DNA from: Raillietiella orientalis
Taxonomy: Eukaryota
Direction: 5' to 3'
Assembly: GCA_036172245.1 (NCBI GenBank)
Contig: JAYWIR010000003.1
Span: 1,736,001-1,800,000, forward strand
Length of the DNA stretch: 64,000 bases
A program made the translations under genes and the position numbers. Below, piece after piece: positions 1-10,344 of this stretch. The notes beneath the pieces are model-generated. The model did no database searches, was not told where the DNA came from, and worked only from the letters and a program-made list of their open reading frames with translations. Position 1 is the first letter of the stretch; every line of letters begins with the position of its first letter.

Positions 1-1956
1 CCTTCGATGTTTCCTTCAGAGGAGGAAAGGCAAGCAGCAGATTCTTTCCGGATTTTCTCCAGAGAAGAAATGGGGAGCGCCTCTCCCCCAGAGAATTTCT
101 GTGGAGATAACAAGGAAGGCATCCCCTCCAAGTTCCCTTCGGAAACAACCAGGTTGGGAGTTCCCTCGTGAGTAAGAGGAACGGACTCCTTCCCTCAGGG
201 GCTTCTGCGTCTGGAAACTTCGGCGTTCCCCTCGAAGTGGAAGCAGGACGTCCTATTCTATCTATCCCCGCACGGAGGCTCCTGGCGCAGTCAGCGCCTG
301 CACCCACATTTCCGGGAGAGTTGCGTCTGGGCAATCTATTTATCTATCTATCTATTTGTATTGGATGCCGCACTTCATTCTAGCCTCCTACGAAACTGGT
401 GGCAACCTATGCTGCAAACAGTCGCTCGCAAATCACCAATTTCTGAGAAATTTCTGGTTCAATCCAGCGTGCCACACGTTCTTCATTAGGTTTCGTATTC
501 CAGAGTTTTAGATCAAAATGGGGTCCCTTGAGGAAGGGAAGAGGTGAGGTTTCCTGGATCACTTTCGTTCCATCGCCAGTCTACAAATGCTAAAAGCATC
601 CCCTCAAGACAAAAGGAAGCTGCCCAGCTGAACTCTTTGGCAATCCGATGAAAATGACCTTTCTATTCCAAAACACGCTCTGTCGTAAAGATGGGGCTCT
701 GTGGAAAACCACTGATCACACACACCACAGTTGCTGAATGCACTTCCTGGATTCAAGGACAGTCTTACATCGTCTTTGTTGCTGCACTTGCAATTCACAT
801 GACTGTTCTATGCAACTCTTTCGCAACAAATTGCAATCTTCTTGCTCACAAGGATGAAGAGACTTCAGGATCCTGGATGAGCGAACTCGAATTTTTTCGC
901 GTAATCTTCTTCATCTTTCCATAAGATTCAGCAAGAATATCAGCTTTCCCGACAGTTCCTCGGTGAGGCCCACGGGGGGAAAGGGCTCCGTGTGATTGTA
1001 GTCAGTTTATTCTTTCAAGGTGGATTTATCTTCGTAGAAATAGGCAGACGCAGAGCTCCCAGCGCTTTGCTGGTGAGCGACCCCGGCCCCATGCGGAGTA
1101 GTAAAGATAAACGGCGAGGACAGTCCATAGGCAGATCAAGAATTCTCACCAAAACTTGCGCATCTTTCAAAGACGCGTGCCATTTTGTCAAAGACATGCA
1201 TGCCACCCACAAACCTCTCTCTGCCTCCTCGATTCTCCAGGACTCTCTGAAGGATATCCGATCTGCAGCATGGCATCAAGAGTTGCTGATTTCCTCTCCA
1301 ACTGATCGCTCCCTAGATAACATGGGCTGAGACCAGTCTCCGCAATCGGTAGCTTTCCGGGAGACAGAGCTTTACCTGAATCCCTTGCTCGCCAGGAAGG
1401 ATGACTTCCGCTCACCAAACTGCTGCTGCTACTCATTCGCGTTCCGAGTGGAAAAGCTCTGGAAACTGGAACTTTGCAGAGAAAATCACCCCTTTGCCTA
1501 CGAAGATCAGCTTTAGGCAAAGAATCGGCTCTTGGTAACAAGGAGGATTCAAAATTAAAAGGCGAGTTTCCGAGGAGACGGAAACGGATGGCCCCGCGGC
1601 CAATGTGTTCTCAAAGGGCAATGGTTATTAAGAAGGTCTTGGTCTCCTGCATGGCTTTTGTTGGTCGAGTCTTGGATTGTGGCGTTCTTACGAGCGAGGG
1701 AATGGAGGGAAATGAATGCGGCGCTCGATGAGTCTGCTGACTTATCACTTCCAACAGCAATGCGATCAGAGAGGCAAGCGTTCCAACCCTGCTGATCTTC
1801 CTTTCGGAGACGAGCGGTAGGGGAATGACCACGTCGATGAAAAAAGGCAATGCAGCAGCCTCTCTTCTGATCGCAGGATCCCGCACTTCACTGGAAGCAG
1901 CACCTATTGATTCCATCATCCACCATGATAGGGGTCGGCAGTCCCCTCTAGGGCTT

Positions 1957-2103
1957 TATTGTTGTTGTTGTTGCTGTTACTGCTGCTGCTGCTCTTCTTC
2001 TTTCTCTTCTTGTTCTTATTATTCCTATTTTTATTCTCATTATTACTATTATTGTTATTGTTATTATTATCATTGTTTCTATTATGGTTATTATTATTGC
2101 TAT
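1957..2103. repeat. Compound trinucleotide microsatellite (TGT/TGC/TCT/TAT)n
   Basis: Directly visible; it produces the poly-C/Y and poly-N spurious ORFs. Confidence 0.9.
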
Positions 2104-2899
2104 TTTCACAAGGAAAATGAGGACACGGCAGTGCTCCTCGCGAGCTGCGTGTTCCCAGCGGAAGTCTGCAGTGCTGAGTACGACACGTCATCCATTTCTA
2201 CTCTGAACTCATTTTCAAAGGAACTGCAGATTTAATTCCTCAAAGCACCATCACGCTCCTTGAATGCTGCATTTCATATTTGGCCTTCATGCTTGAAAGC
2301 TGGAGCTAAGCAGGAAGCAAAGCAAAAATGTCCTCGTGATGCTCTCCAAAGCGTCTTCTACCCTTCATTAGCATTCCGCACAGATGGTCTACCTTTTCCG
2401 AAGTCGTCAGCATCTCTTAGCTGCTATGCATTTATTACAGAAATGAGTTTACACTCTGTGCCAAGGCCAGGACCCTGGGTCCTAGGCCCCACGACCAAGA
2501 CCTATAAAAGGCTTGCCGAGCAGCAGGTACGCAGGCCGTCTCGCCAGCGAAGAGGAGGAGGGGCAAACAAAAAAACAAAGTGGAATAAAAGGAAAAAAAC
2601 TTCTGGAGGAGGATTCGGGAAGGGATTCCTGCTCGCTGCTACGCGTTCTCTGCATCCTATCCAGGAAACTGGCAAGCTGATTGCGGATACTGACCAGGTA
2701 AAGTCATCTCGTGGCAGCCCTCGAGAAGCTTCTCGATCAGTGGAAATGGAGATGAGCCCGCAAGATGGAAGGCATCCTGCTGGCGAAATTGCGGGACAAA
2801 AGAAACAGGATGGGATGCTGGACGGAGTGCGTCAACTGGCTGACGCGTGTATTTCCGCCGTCCTCCCCAAAGGAATTCTTCAACGGGCGGAGCTCCTGG

Positions 2900-3330
2900 A
2901 CATTTCTTCTGAAGAAGCAGAAATTCCCGCAGTGTTTGTAAACAGCTCTACGCTTCCCCTGAAACAGCAGGGCTTGGGGCATTGCAGATCCCATGGAACG
3001 CTCGAGTCCGCCACGGGACGAGGGGGAGAGTGACCCCAGGCTGTGCAGAGTGCGGGGAACGGGAAACCTTCCCGCACCCGTTGCTGGATGTGTTGCTCCT
3101 GAACATCCGGGAACGCTTCGCTGGGGCCCTCCCACTCCCAGTGGACAACGGCAGAAGGGTTTTGCGGTGCCTCGTCGCGCTCGACTCGACGTTGCCTGCG
3201 GTGCTGCATTCGTGGGATCATGGCAGCGAGAAACCACGTCGAAAGAGGCCAGTTGAATGATGAGGCTATCGCAGGCGTCTGCTCCTTCATGAGGCCACAT
3301 CCTTGCCAACAAAAGGAGGAAGTTGCCAAC
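2900..3330 (+). mobile_element. L1/Tx1-like ORF2 C-terminal zinc-finger remnant
   Basis: LPLKQQGL..RSHGTL followed by CAECGERETFPHPLL, the C-x2-C-G-x2-ET-x2-H motif of the L1/Tx1 ORF2 3' end. Confidence 0.35.
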
Positions 3331-3439
3331 ATCTTCCCGAGGATGCTGAAGACTCCAGGAGAAATCTGTGATCCCTTCTCATCCCTCTCCAACACATTTA
3401 AAGACAGGACTTGTGTGTGAGCGTGTGCGTTTTCTTCTT

Positions 3440-3800
3440 GTTTACCCCTCACTCCACTTCTGTGCGGACCTCATCGGAAATGCTGCTTCTCGTGAGCCTC
3501 CGAGACATTGCTCTTGGTAGTGATGCTTTGAAGCCACCACGAAGGAAGGTATCATGTTAGATGATGAGGCGGTGACCGGGTGAGATTCCCGCCAAGACAA
3601 CAGGAAGCTGAGAGCAGGGTGGAGCAGTGCGGCACTTACGAAGAGGCGTTCCAAAATGTTCCTGAGGCCTCCCACCGGGATTCCAAGAATCGTCGCTAGG
3701 CGATCCCAAAGGGATCGGAGGACAACACAGTCAAGGAGCAGGTGCGCGAGGATCTTCCCTTCTTCTCTTGCCTGTCGCACTTCGCGTCAGCACGCCCCCA
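3440..3800 (-). mobile_element. L1/Tx1-like ORF2 C-terminal remnant, opposite orientation
   Basis: EEGKILAHLLLDCVVLRSLWDRLATILGIP matches the HLL.DC......W..L...LG.P end of the non-LTR CCHC domain. Confidence 0.4.
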
Positions 3801-4020
3801 GGACCAGTGGCGAATGCGCGTGCCCTGCACGGGAGTCCTCAATGAAAGACCAGCAGCGCCGACGTCTCTCAGTTAAGAGGGAGGGTGAGATTGTTCCAGC
3901 ACGCTGGGAATTATTTCAGGTCCTCGCTCAGCTCTCCCCAGAGTACGAATCCACGAGCCCCAAAGTTTCTTCTTTTGCTGCAATGCAGCCTATTTTAGCG
4001 CCTTTCTGGATTGGGCCCGT

Positions 4021-6110
4021 CAGGTAGTGAGCTTCGCGAGTACCATTCGATGTCACCGCACGCGTCTGCAACACGAAATAATTCGAGTGGCTTCGCAAGT
4101 TCAACGGGATTGAATCGGCTGTGAGGCGCTTCAGGGTGGAGGTGTTCCCGCTGTAGGTGCGCGCGGACAGAAGAACTCTTTGCTAACCCTGTGGAAGCGA
4201 CGGATGTCTGTAAACAGTCTCTTGCCCAATGGGGCTAACCAAGCGGTGGTCGCTCCGAGGGAATGATTCCAACAGACCTCCGGCTCTGACATCTGTTCTG
4301 AGGTCAGCAAAGGAGAACTTGGTGAACCGGAAGGCACGAGAAAGAGGATTTTTCATCTGTAAATCTGCAGTGTGGCTAAGTTTGTGAGGGGGCAGACCAC
4401 GAGCTGACAGAACCATAATGGAATGTACTGGAAATTGCTTACACCTCCAAGATTGAGTACTAACCCCCCCCCCTACTACTACTACGAAATAAATGCACTG
4501 CCTCGTCCCTCTGTGCTTCAACCGCTCTCGGGATTCTGCGACGAAACGGGCATTGGGAATCGACTCGATGTTTTCTGCCTGGAATTGATTCCTGGCATCA
4601 CTCTTTTCGACAACTGCCATCGCCCCACGCGTCATCCTGTTGCATTGGAACCACGCGGGGAGTGGGTCCACTTGAACAACGTTGCGAAACGGTAGTCATT
4701 GCTCCTGTTAGCAGGTTGCCAAAGAAGAAGAAGGGGAAAAAGGCGCGTTTTCTTCGCAACGTGGCAACCAGAGTTCCCTCTACAAAACGGGAACGAGTGC
4801 CAGCATCCAAGTCAAGCAGCTTCCAGATGTTCATCACGTGATCACCTTCATGAAAAAAGCAAACATGACCCGGCATGACACCAGGTCGCAATTCAACCGT
4901 CCCGTTTCCTTCCGCTTTCAAGAAACCACGCCCTACTTAATATCAGCATCCTGAATTTTTTTTTTTTTTAAAGAAAAAGCAAAAACTGACGAGTGGAAGA
5001 GGGTGAAAGAATCATCCAAACAGCAGTTACTGAAGGATGAATATGCTGTTTGTAACTGCTGTTTTGATGATTCTGCCTCTGAACACCTTGCCTCCACTTG
5101 AACGGAGCTAAATTCTTCAAAATAAGAAGGGGCTTTCAAATAGCAACTCCACGTTGTGAAGGAAATCTCCCGTTGGAGTCTGTGAGTACCTTCAGCCACC
5201 TTTCAGCGAGTTGAAAGACACCCCTTCTCGTTTTTCCATTCATTGGCGAATTTTTCCTGAAACGCCCACCGTCTGGCGGGGAACGTCTGTCCACTTCATG
5301 CAGTTGTCGGCTTCAACCATAGAAAAGAAGTTTTCTGCAGCTCGCTCGACCTCATCGGCTTGCTCAACTCCCTCTTCCACTCGTCAGTTTTTGTTTTTTC
5401 TTCAAAAAAAAAAAAAAATTCAGGATGCCGATATTAATTAGGGCGCGAATATAAAGACTTTCCTGGAATCAGTCCCGTGTTACCTTAAGCACGGTTTCTA
5501 AGTGTGGAATGAAAGTCAATGGAGGGTTTGGGGTGCATCTGATCAGCAACAGGAAGGCTGCTTTCGTGGAAATGTCCGAGGGCAATCGAGTCTCTGATCA
5601 GCTAAATATTAAATAGGATGCTGTAAGCGAATTCGGTTTGCCAGTGCATACACTAGATCTAATTGCGTCACGTGTTTTGAGGTATTTATCAATGCCGCTC
5701 TTTGGCATGCTGTTCGGCTGTGTTGATCCTGGATCCTGTCCATTCAAATTGTCAACTAGGATGGGACTCTGCCTCACATGAGGGACTCCTCCCAGTACAT
5801 TGCCAGACACGAAAGAATAGTCGAGAGATTCCTCGGCGCCGCTACCACCACTACAGGATGAAAGTGCCTCCGGAGCGGACTCCAACCACCATCCGGACCT
5901 GATAATCCAGAAGGGCAGTCGTCTTCTAATTCTGAATGTGGTCGTCTGTCCGTTTGAAAACGGGGAAGAAGCGTTCAGCACCATCAGACATCAGGAGGAA
6001 TTTGAACACGAGCGTGGCAGATGAGAAGAGGATTGCCAGCCAAGGACCTAGTCTTCTTAGTACGAGGCTCATTTCAAAAGTAGGAGCCGATCGGCTATAA
6101 AGAAAGAACA
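4021..6110 (-). pseudogene. Candidate endogenous viral element: decayed orthomyxovirus-like polymerase PA (C-terminal domain), split by the MITE
   Basis: Collinear minus-strand motifs versus influenza PA: KFLLMSD (~5985-6003) vs KFLLMD; WKLLDLDAG..EGTLVATLRRKRAF vs WIELDEIG..EHIASMRRNYF; RERLKHRGTRQCIYFVVVVG vs RTKEGRRKTNLYGFIIKG; FTKFSFADLR vs SMEFSLTDPR; FVLQTRAVTSNGT (4039-4077, same frame past one stop at 4183-4185) vs FLYVRTNGT. Confidence 0.45.
4927..5447. mobile_element. MITE / non-autonomous DNA transposon with ~75-bp terminal inverted repeats
   Basis: 4929-5003 (cgccctacttaatatcagcatcctgaa-T run-aaagaaaaagcaaaaactgacgagtggaagaggg) is the reverse complement of 5370-5445 with few mismatches. 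There is an additional internal hairpin at about 5010-5072 and no coding capacity. Confidence 0.8.
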
Positions 6111-6139
6111 AGAGAATGAAAAATGTATTGGTAGTCCTA

Positions 6140-6620
6140 AACGCCTACATCCCCATACCGTTTCTCTACGTATTCACCATTCTTTTCCAAATACTTTTGA
6201 TACCGTGGAAGAAGCTTTTCGGAAGACCCTCCGCATAAAATTCCGTCGCCTGGGAGTTCAGCCAGTTCGGCGGCACTGCAGTTTTCAACTCCTCCCCTTC
6301 CTCCTCGGATCCTTGAGCCACTTCTTGAGGTACAGGGAGACGTGGTAGTCACTGGGCACGTAGTCAGGACTGTGAGATCGAAAAGTTCCCTTTTGAATTT
6401 CCGAATCGTCTGGAATGTGTGGACAGCATGTGTTGCCAAGGCGCGCGTTGTCGTGAAGGAGAACAAGTTCTTCCTGATCTCAGTATTCCACGTGGTCGGT
6501 TCTGCTGAATGGCACGTCGCAGTTTGGAAAGTGTTCTACAGTGGACTTGCGAAGTGATGGTTGTTCGAGGCTCCATAAAATCCACCAAAAGAACACCACT
6601 CGTGAGGACGAAATCGAGAG
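6140..6620 (-). mobile_element. Degenerate mariner (Tc1/mariner) transposase, C-terminal half
   Basis: Frameshifted peptides GVLLVDFMEPRTTITSQVHCRTLSKLRRAIQQNRPRGIL, then RKFKRELFD, then EKLLPRYQKYLEKNGEYVEK follow the mariner consensus (G.LL.DF...G.TI....Y...L.KLR.AI..KR.G.L ... KL..R..KC....G.YVEK). Confidence 0.8.
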
Positions 6621-7159
6621 TCATCAGAAATTGCAACTTTGCGAGGAAGACCGCTAAAAAATTTGGAATGGGTCCTGGGAACAACTGTGCACGCAGATAT
6701 GTTTACCGACTGATCCTTTTGCGAGCTTCGTGGCTTTGTTCCATTGTATGCTGAGTGCACGTGTGAGAAGTACACTAAGTGTTCCGTTATCGGCAGGCTT
6801 TGCAATGGACTTGGCTGTTGCAAACCGTCTTCCCGCATAGTAGCCAAGAAGAGTGTTTCCATGACCTGATGCCGAGGGCTGGGTGAACGGCGCCGTTGTA
6901 GAAAATTCCCCATTTTTTCCGATGGAGAAACAGGGAACTGGAGAAAAAAAAAAACGCTGGACGCGTGTTTAGAATACGCCGCCGTAGTCCAGTCATCGTG
7001 AGGACTGAAAGACACCAACTACAGGATGCTTCACCACCTTCATTCCTTCGAAAGTTCATGGTTTCCTTGATTGGGAAAAGCAGGGGTGTGACTCTCTGAT
7101 CCCACTCTGTGGAACTGCGCTGCGCACTTACCTGTCTCGCTGTTTCTCATTTGTTCCAG

Positions 7160-7807
7160 TCGGACTGTCGAATGGGTCCATTTGAGCCCAGCCTGCAGCA
7201 GATGCTGCGTCTCATCCACAAAGACGGTGTTGCCTTCGCGCAAGTCATTCGAAGGCTCTGTCTTCGACAATCTGTGGCGCGAAACGATGTCTTCCCGCCG
7301 CTTACGCAGTCAATGCTGTCTTTCCCTGTTCATCTGACCCTGTGACTTCATTTGCATCCAGACCACCAGAACACTCTCTGGGAGTTCGAAACTTACCTTT
7401 GGCTGGATAGAAGATTTCCCAAAGTGCTTTCCGCATCGAAGGTGTCGTTCGCCACTGCTGTGCGAGTGGTTCGTGCCATTCAGAAGTGGATTCAGTTTTG
7501 CGCACCTGAGGGGGAGCGAAAAGTACCTGGAGCAGAGAAAGCCGAGATCGACAGGCCGAGGGCATTTCTGTTGCCCAAGGTGGCAGCAATGCGTCACTCC
7601 CTGGGACCGCAGCCCTCGGGCGCCTACCGCGAGGACCCGAACGAGTGCATCATCTGCTACGAGAAGAACCTCAACAGCGTGCTGTACACCTGCGTCCAGA
7701 TGTGCGTGTGCTACGGCTGCGCCCTGCAGCATTGGCGGGGTGCAGAGGGCTTCTGCCCCATGTTTCGCGCCTCCATCCGTGATGTCATGCGATTCTTCCG
7801 GACTTGA
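7160..7807 (+). pseudogene. Neuralized-like C-terminal RING-finger pseudogene fragment
   Basis: NECIICYEKNLNSVLYTCVQMCVCYGCALQHWRGAEGFCPMFRASIRDVMRFFRT* matches the Neuralized C-terminal RING pattern (C-x2-C..SVLYxCGHMCxCxxCA..QW.G...CPxCRA.IRDV). The zinc ligands His and the last Cys are replaced (Q, F), and an in-frame TGA at 7343-7345 separates ORFs 7109-7345 and 7352-7807. Confidence 0.7.
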
Positions 7808-9061
7808 CCTGATCCCTATGGAAAGAAGGTGCACGTAGTCTCGGTCGGGGTCCAGTCAAGGCCTGCCCCACCAACCACTACCCCTCCTCCCATCACAGAC
7901 CGGATGGCGCCCAAGCCCAGTGCGATGATTTCCTCCTCCCGCCTTTCCCTCCAGCCCTTGCTGGAGGAGGTTTTGCCTCCACCGGATTCCCCGTGGGAAC
8001 TGCAGGAAAAAACAAAACTCCACCAAAAGCATGGTGCTTAAGAATTCCACTTGAATTCAGCAAATGGCAATAATTATTTTCTTAAACGAAAAAAAAGAAA
8101 AAAAAAATACCTGGAATTTCAGGCAACATCTTATCATGAGGTCATCGTTTCGGGCGGAATTGTGGCTCAGCGATGTGGTCTGTGGTTGTGCGCTTGAGCC
8201 TCCTTGTAAATCTTTGAGTAGCATGGGCTGGTTTTCAAACGTGGCTGGCTGAGAAGAAATCCAAAAGGCGAGCTCGTACTAGCAGGATGCTCCCTTTATT
8301 GCTTTGCTGTGAAAAATTTAAAAAAAAAAAAAAAAAAAAAATGCGAGCTAACAACAGCTGCAGTCAATTTCCAATCTTCGGCATGTGTTCGGTCCAATGT
8401 GGCGTTGCCTCCAAAACTATGAGCCTCCGGAAGTGGTGCCTTGCCATTAATTTCCACGTGGTGATTGCCAGTGTAGAAGATATGGAGATCAACTGCTTGA
8501 AGAGCGAATAGTAAATTTTTTTTTTCTTTTGGCAGTTCCGACAAAGTGCACATGGGGGGGGGGGGGGAAGAAGTGCCAGCAACCACCTTTGGTTCCATTG
8601 GCAGGTAGGATCCGCATGTTTTTCCAGAGTGTGGCTCGGTTCGTTCCAATTCGAATTTTTCATCTTGGCTTTTTGCTGAATTGGTGAACTTCGTAAGCTT
8701 CAGACGGTTCAAGAAGAGATCGAAGGTCCACTGAAGGTTCTTGAAACTGAACTCGGAAATTCCCCTTGGAAAAGAGATGCCGCTGAAGTTCGTTTTGCTG
8801 ACCCTGGCAACCGCAATTTTCTGTTTAATTTCAATGAGAGAAAATACTTGGGTTACAGCTTCCATATAAGGTGATTTTTGATGCAAGAAATGGTTGTAAC
8901 TGATATTAAAAGCACAATGAAAACTTTTGAACTTTTTTTTTTTTTCACTCTAGAGATTCATTGTAACCACCTATCGGTCATGAATAGTTGATCAACTTTC
9001 TAATATGGGTGCCATCTGATCTTTAAATTCCAAAACTTAGTTCCTTATATTCGTCAGACTT

Positions 9062-10344
9062 AAACCTCTGTGTCGCCCCAAGGAAGAAGGAGACCCTGGG
9101 AGGCAGTCTCTAGGACACGCCATGGACATCATGGATATGCGGCAGCTCATGCACACCATGTACAATCGGGGCGACTGGCCGTACGCTGCTCACAGGGCTT
9201 ATCTGTTGTTGAACAACTCGAGGGGCCTGATGACTGCGTTCCTAGGCCGGGCAGGGAATGGTCAGCCATTGGCCCCACTTGGAAAAGGAAACAGGCACTG
9301 ATGCGGAAGCACTAAATCAAGATCATGCCTAGAAGCAAGGAACTCTGGGAGGAAGAATTCATCCCGGCAATCCCCTGGATGCTCCCAGTCCCCAGTGACA
9401 GCGGAGCTGGATCTACCAATCAACCTACAAAGAATACAACAACGAAGAAGAAGTGGGTTCTTCCACCACTCCAGGATACTAAAATATGTCGATAGGATGA
9501 CGGGAAGGTTCACCCACAGGAACCGCGAAGTATGGAAGGACTACATTAGCTACGCGTGGTCCAGGGTAACCAAACAAAATCTACGCCGCATCATGAGAAC
9601 AAGAAAAAGACACTAGTGCCCTCCAGGAAGCTGCGCATCGCTACGGGGCTGACACAGTCAACCTGTTGGCGATCGGGACGATACTCTGGAGGAATGACCT
9701 ACCGCCGGACACCCAGGACAACCTCCTGATGTTCTATCATGGAGGAATCCTGAGAGGATCCAGGATGAAGTATTTCACCGGTAGAAGAGAAGATGGAAAT
9801 TTTCAAGGCGTGTGGAGACAGGGGCATGAGACTTCCCGTCCTAATATGTCCCACAATGCACCAGGACTGCCAGACCCTGAAAAGGGTTATAGGGCTGCCG
9901 AACACCGCGAGGATGGAATGTTTCAGGATGTTCCAGGATGATGATGTCCGGGATGTTCCAGGAAATCGGAAACGTTCCCTCTACAACCCGATGGTAAGGA
10001 CAAATATCTCCCTATTCATAACCGCTATCCTGATACGATGGTGGAAGATGAGGACCTCCAGGACAGCCGCATCTTCCGTGGAGATTCCTCGAGGAATCAT
10101 CCAAAAGGAGATCGGAATAAGGAACTCTGGACAAGTGCCCGCTTGGACGTACCGATACATCTTGAGAAGGATTGAGGACATCGTCCAGGCACACCCAACG
10201 CCAATTCTTTTCTAGTGCAGGCCTAAGTGCCCAGAAGTGAAAACTCGTAGTGACACCTAATGTTTCCAGTTTGTTCCTGAATGCATGAGTTTATAGTATG
10301 AATGATAAATAAATTTGCCTCACTTCTTGTGGGATTGGGGAAAA
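9062..10344 (+). pseudogene. Retrotransposed intronless insert bounded by a 17-bp target-site duplication; candidate endogenous orthomyxovirus-like nucleoprotein (NP) sequence
   Basis: A perfect direct repeat ttatattcgtcagactt lies at 9045-9061 and 10345-10361. Between them is a purine-rich, frameshifted reading frame (ATG 9122 to TAG 10215), then AATAAA at 10308-10313. Peptides PPDTQDNLLMFYHGGILRGS and LICPTMHQDCQTLKRVIG resemble influenza NP EDLTFLARSALILRGS and MACHSAAFEDLRVLSFIKG (by-eye comparison). The repeat is certain; the NP identity is tentative. Confidence 0.55.

Noticed and set aside
1825..2235. Cys/Tyr-rich ORF and antisense Asn-rich ORF
   Set aside because: Translation of a microsatellite.
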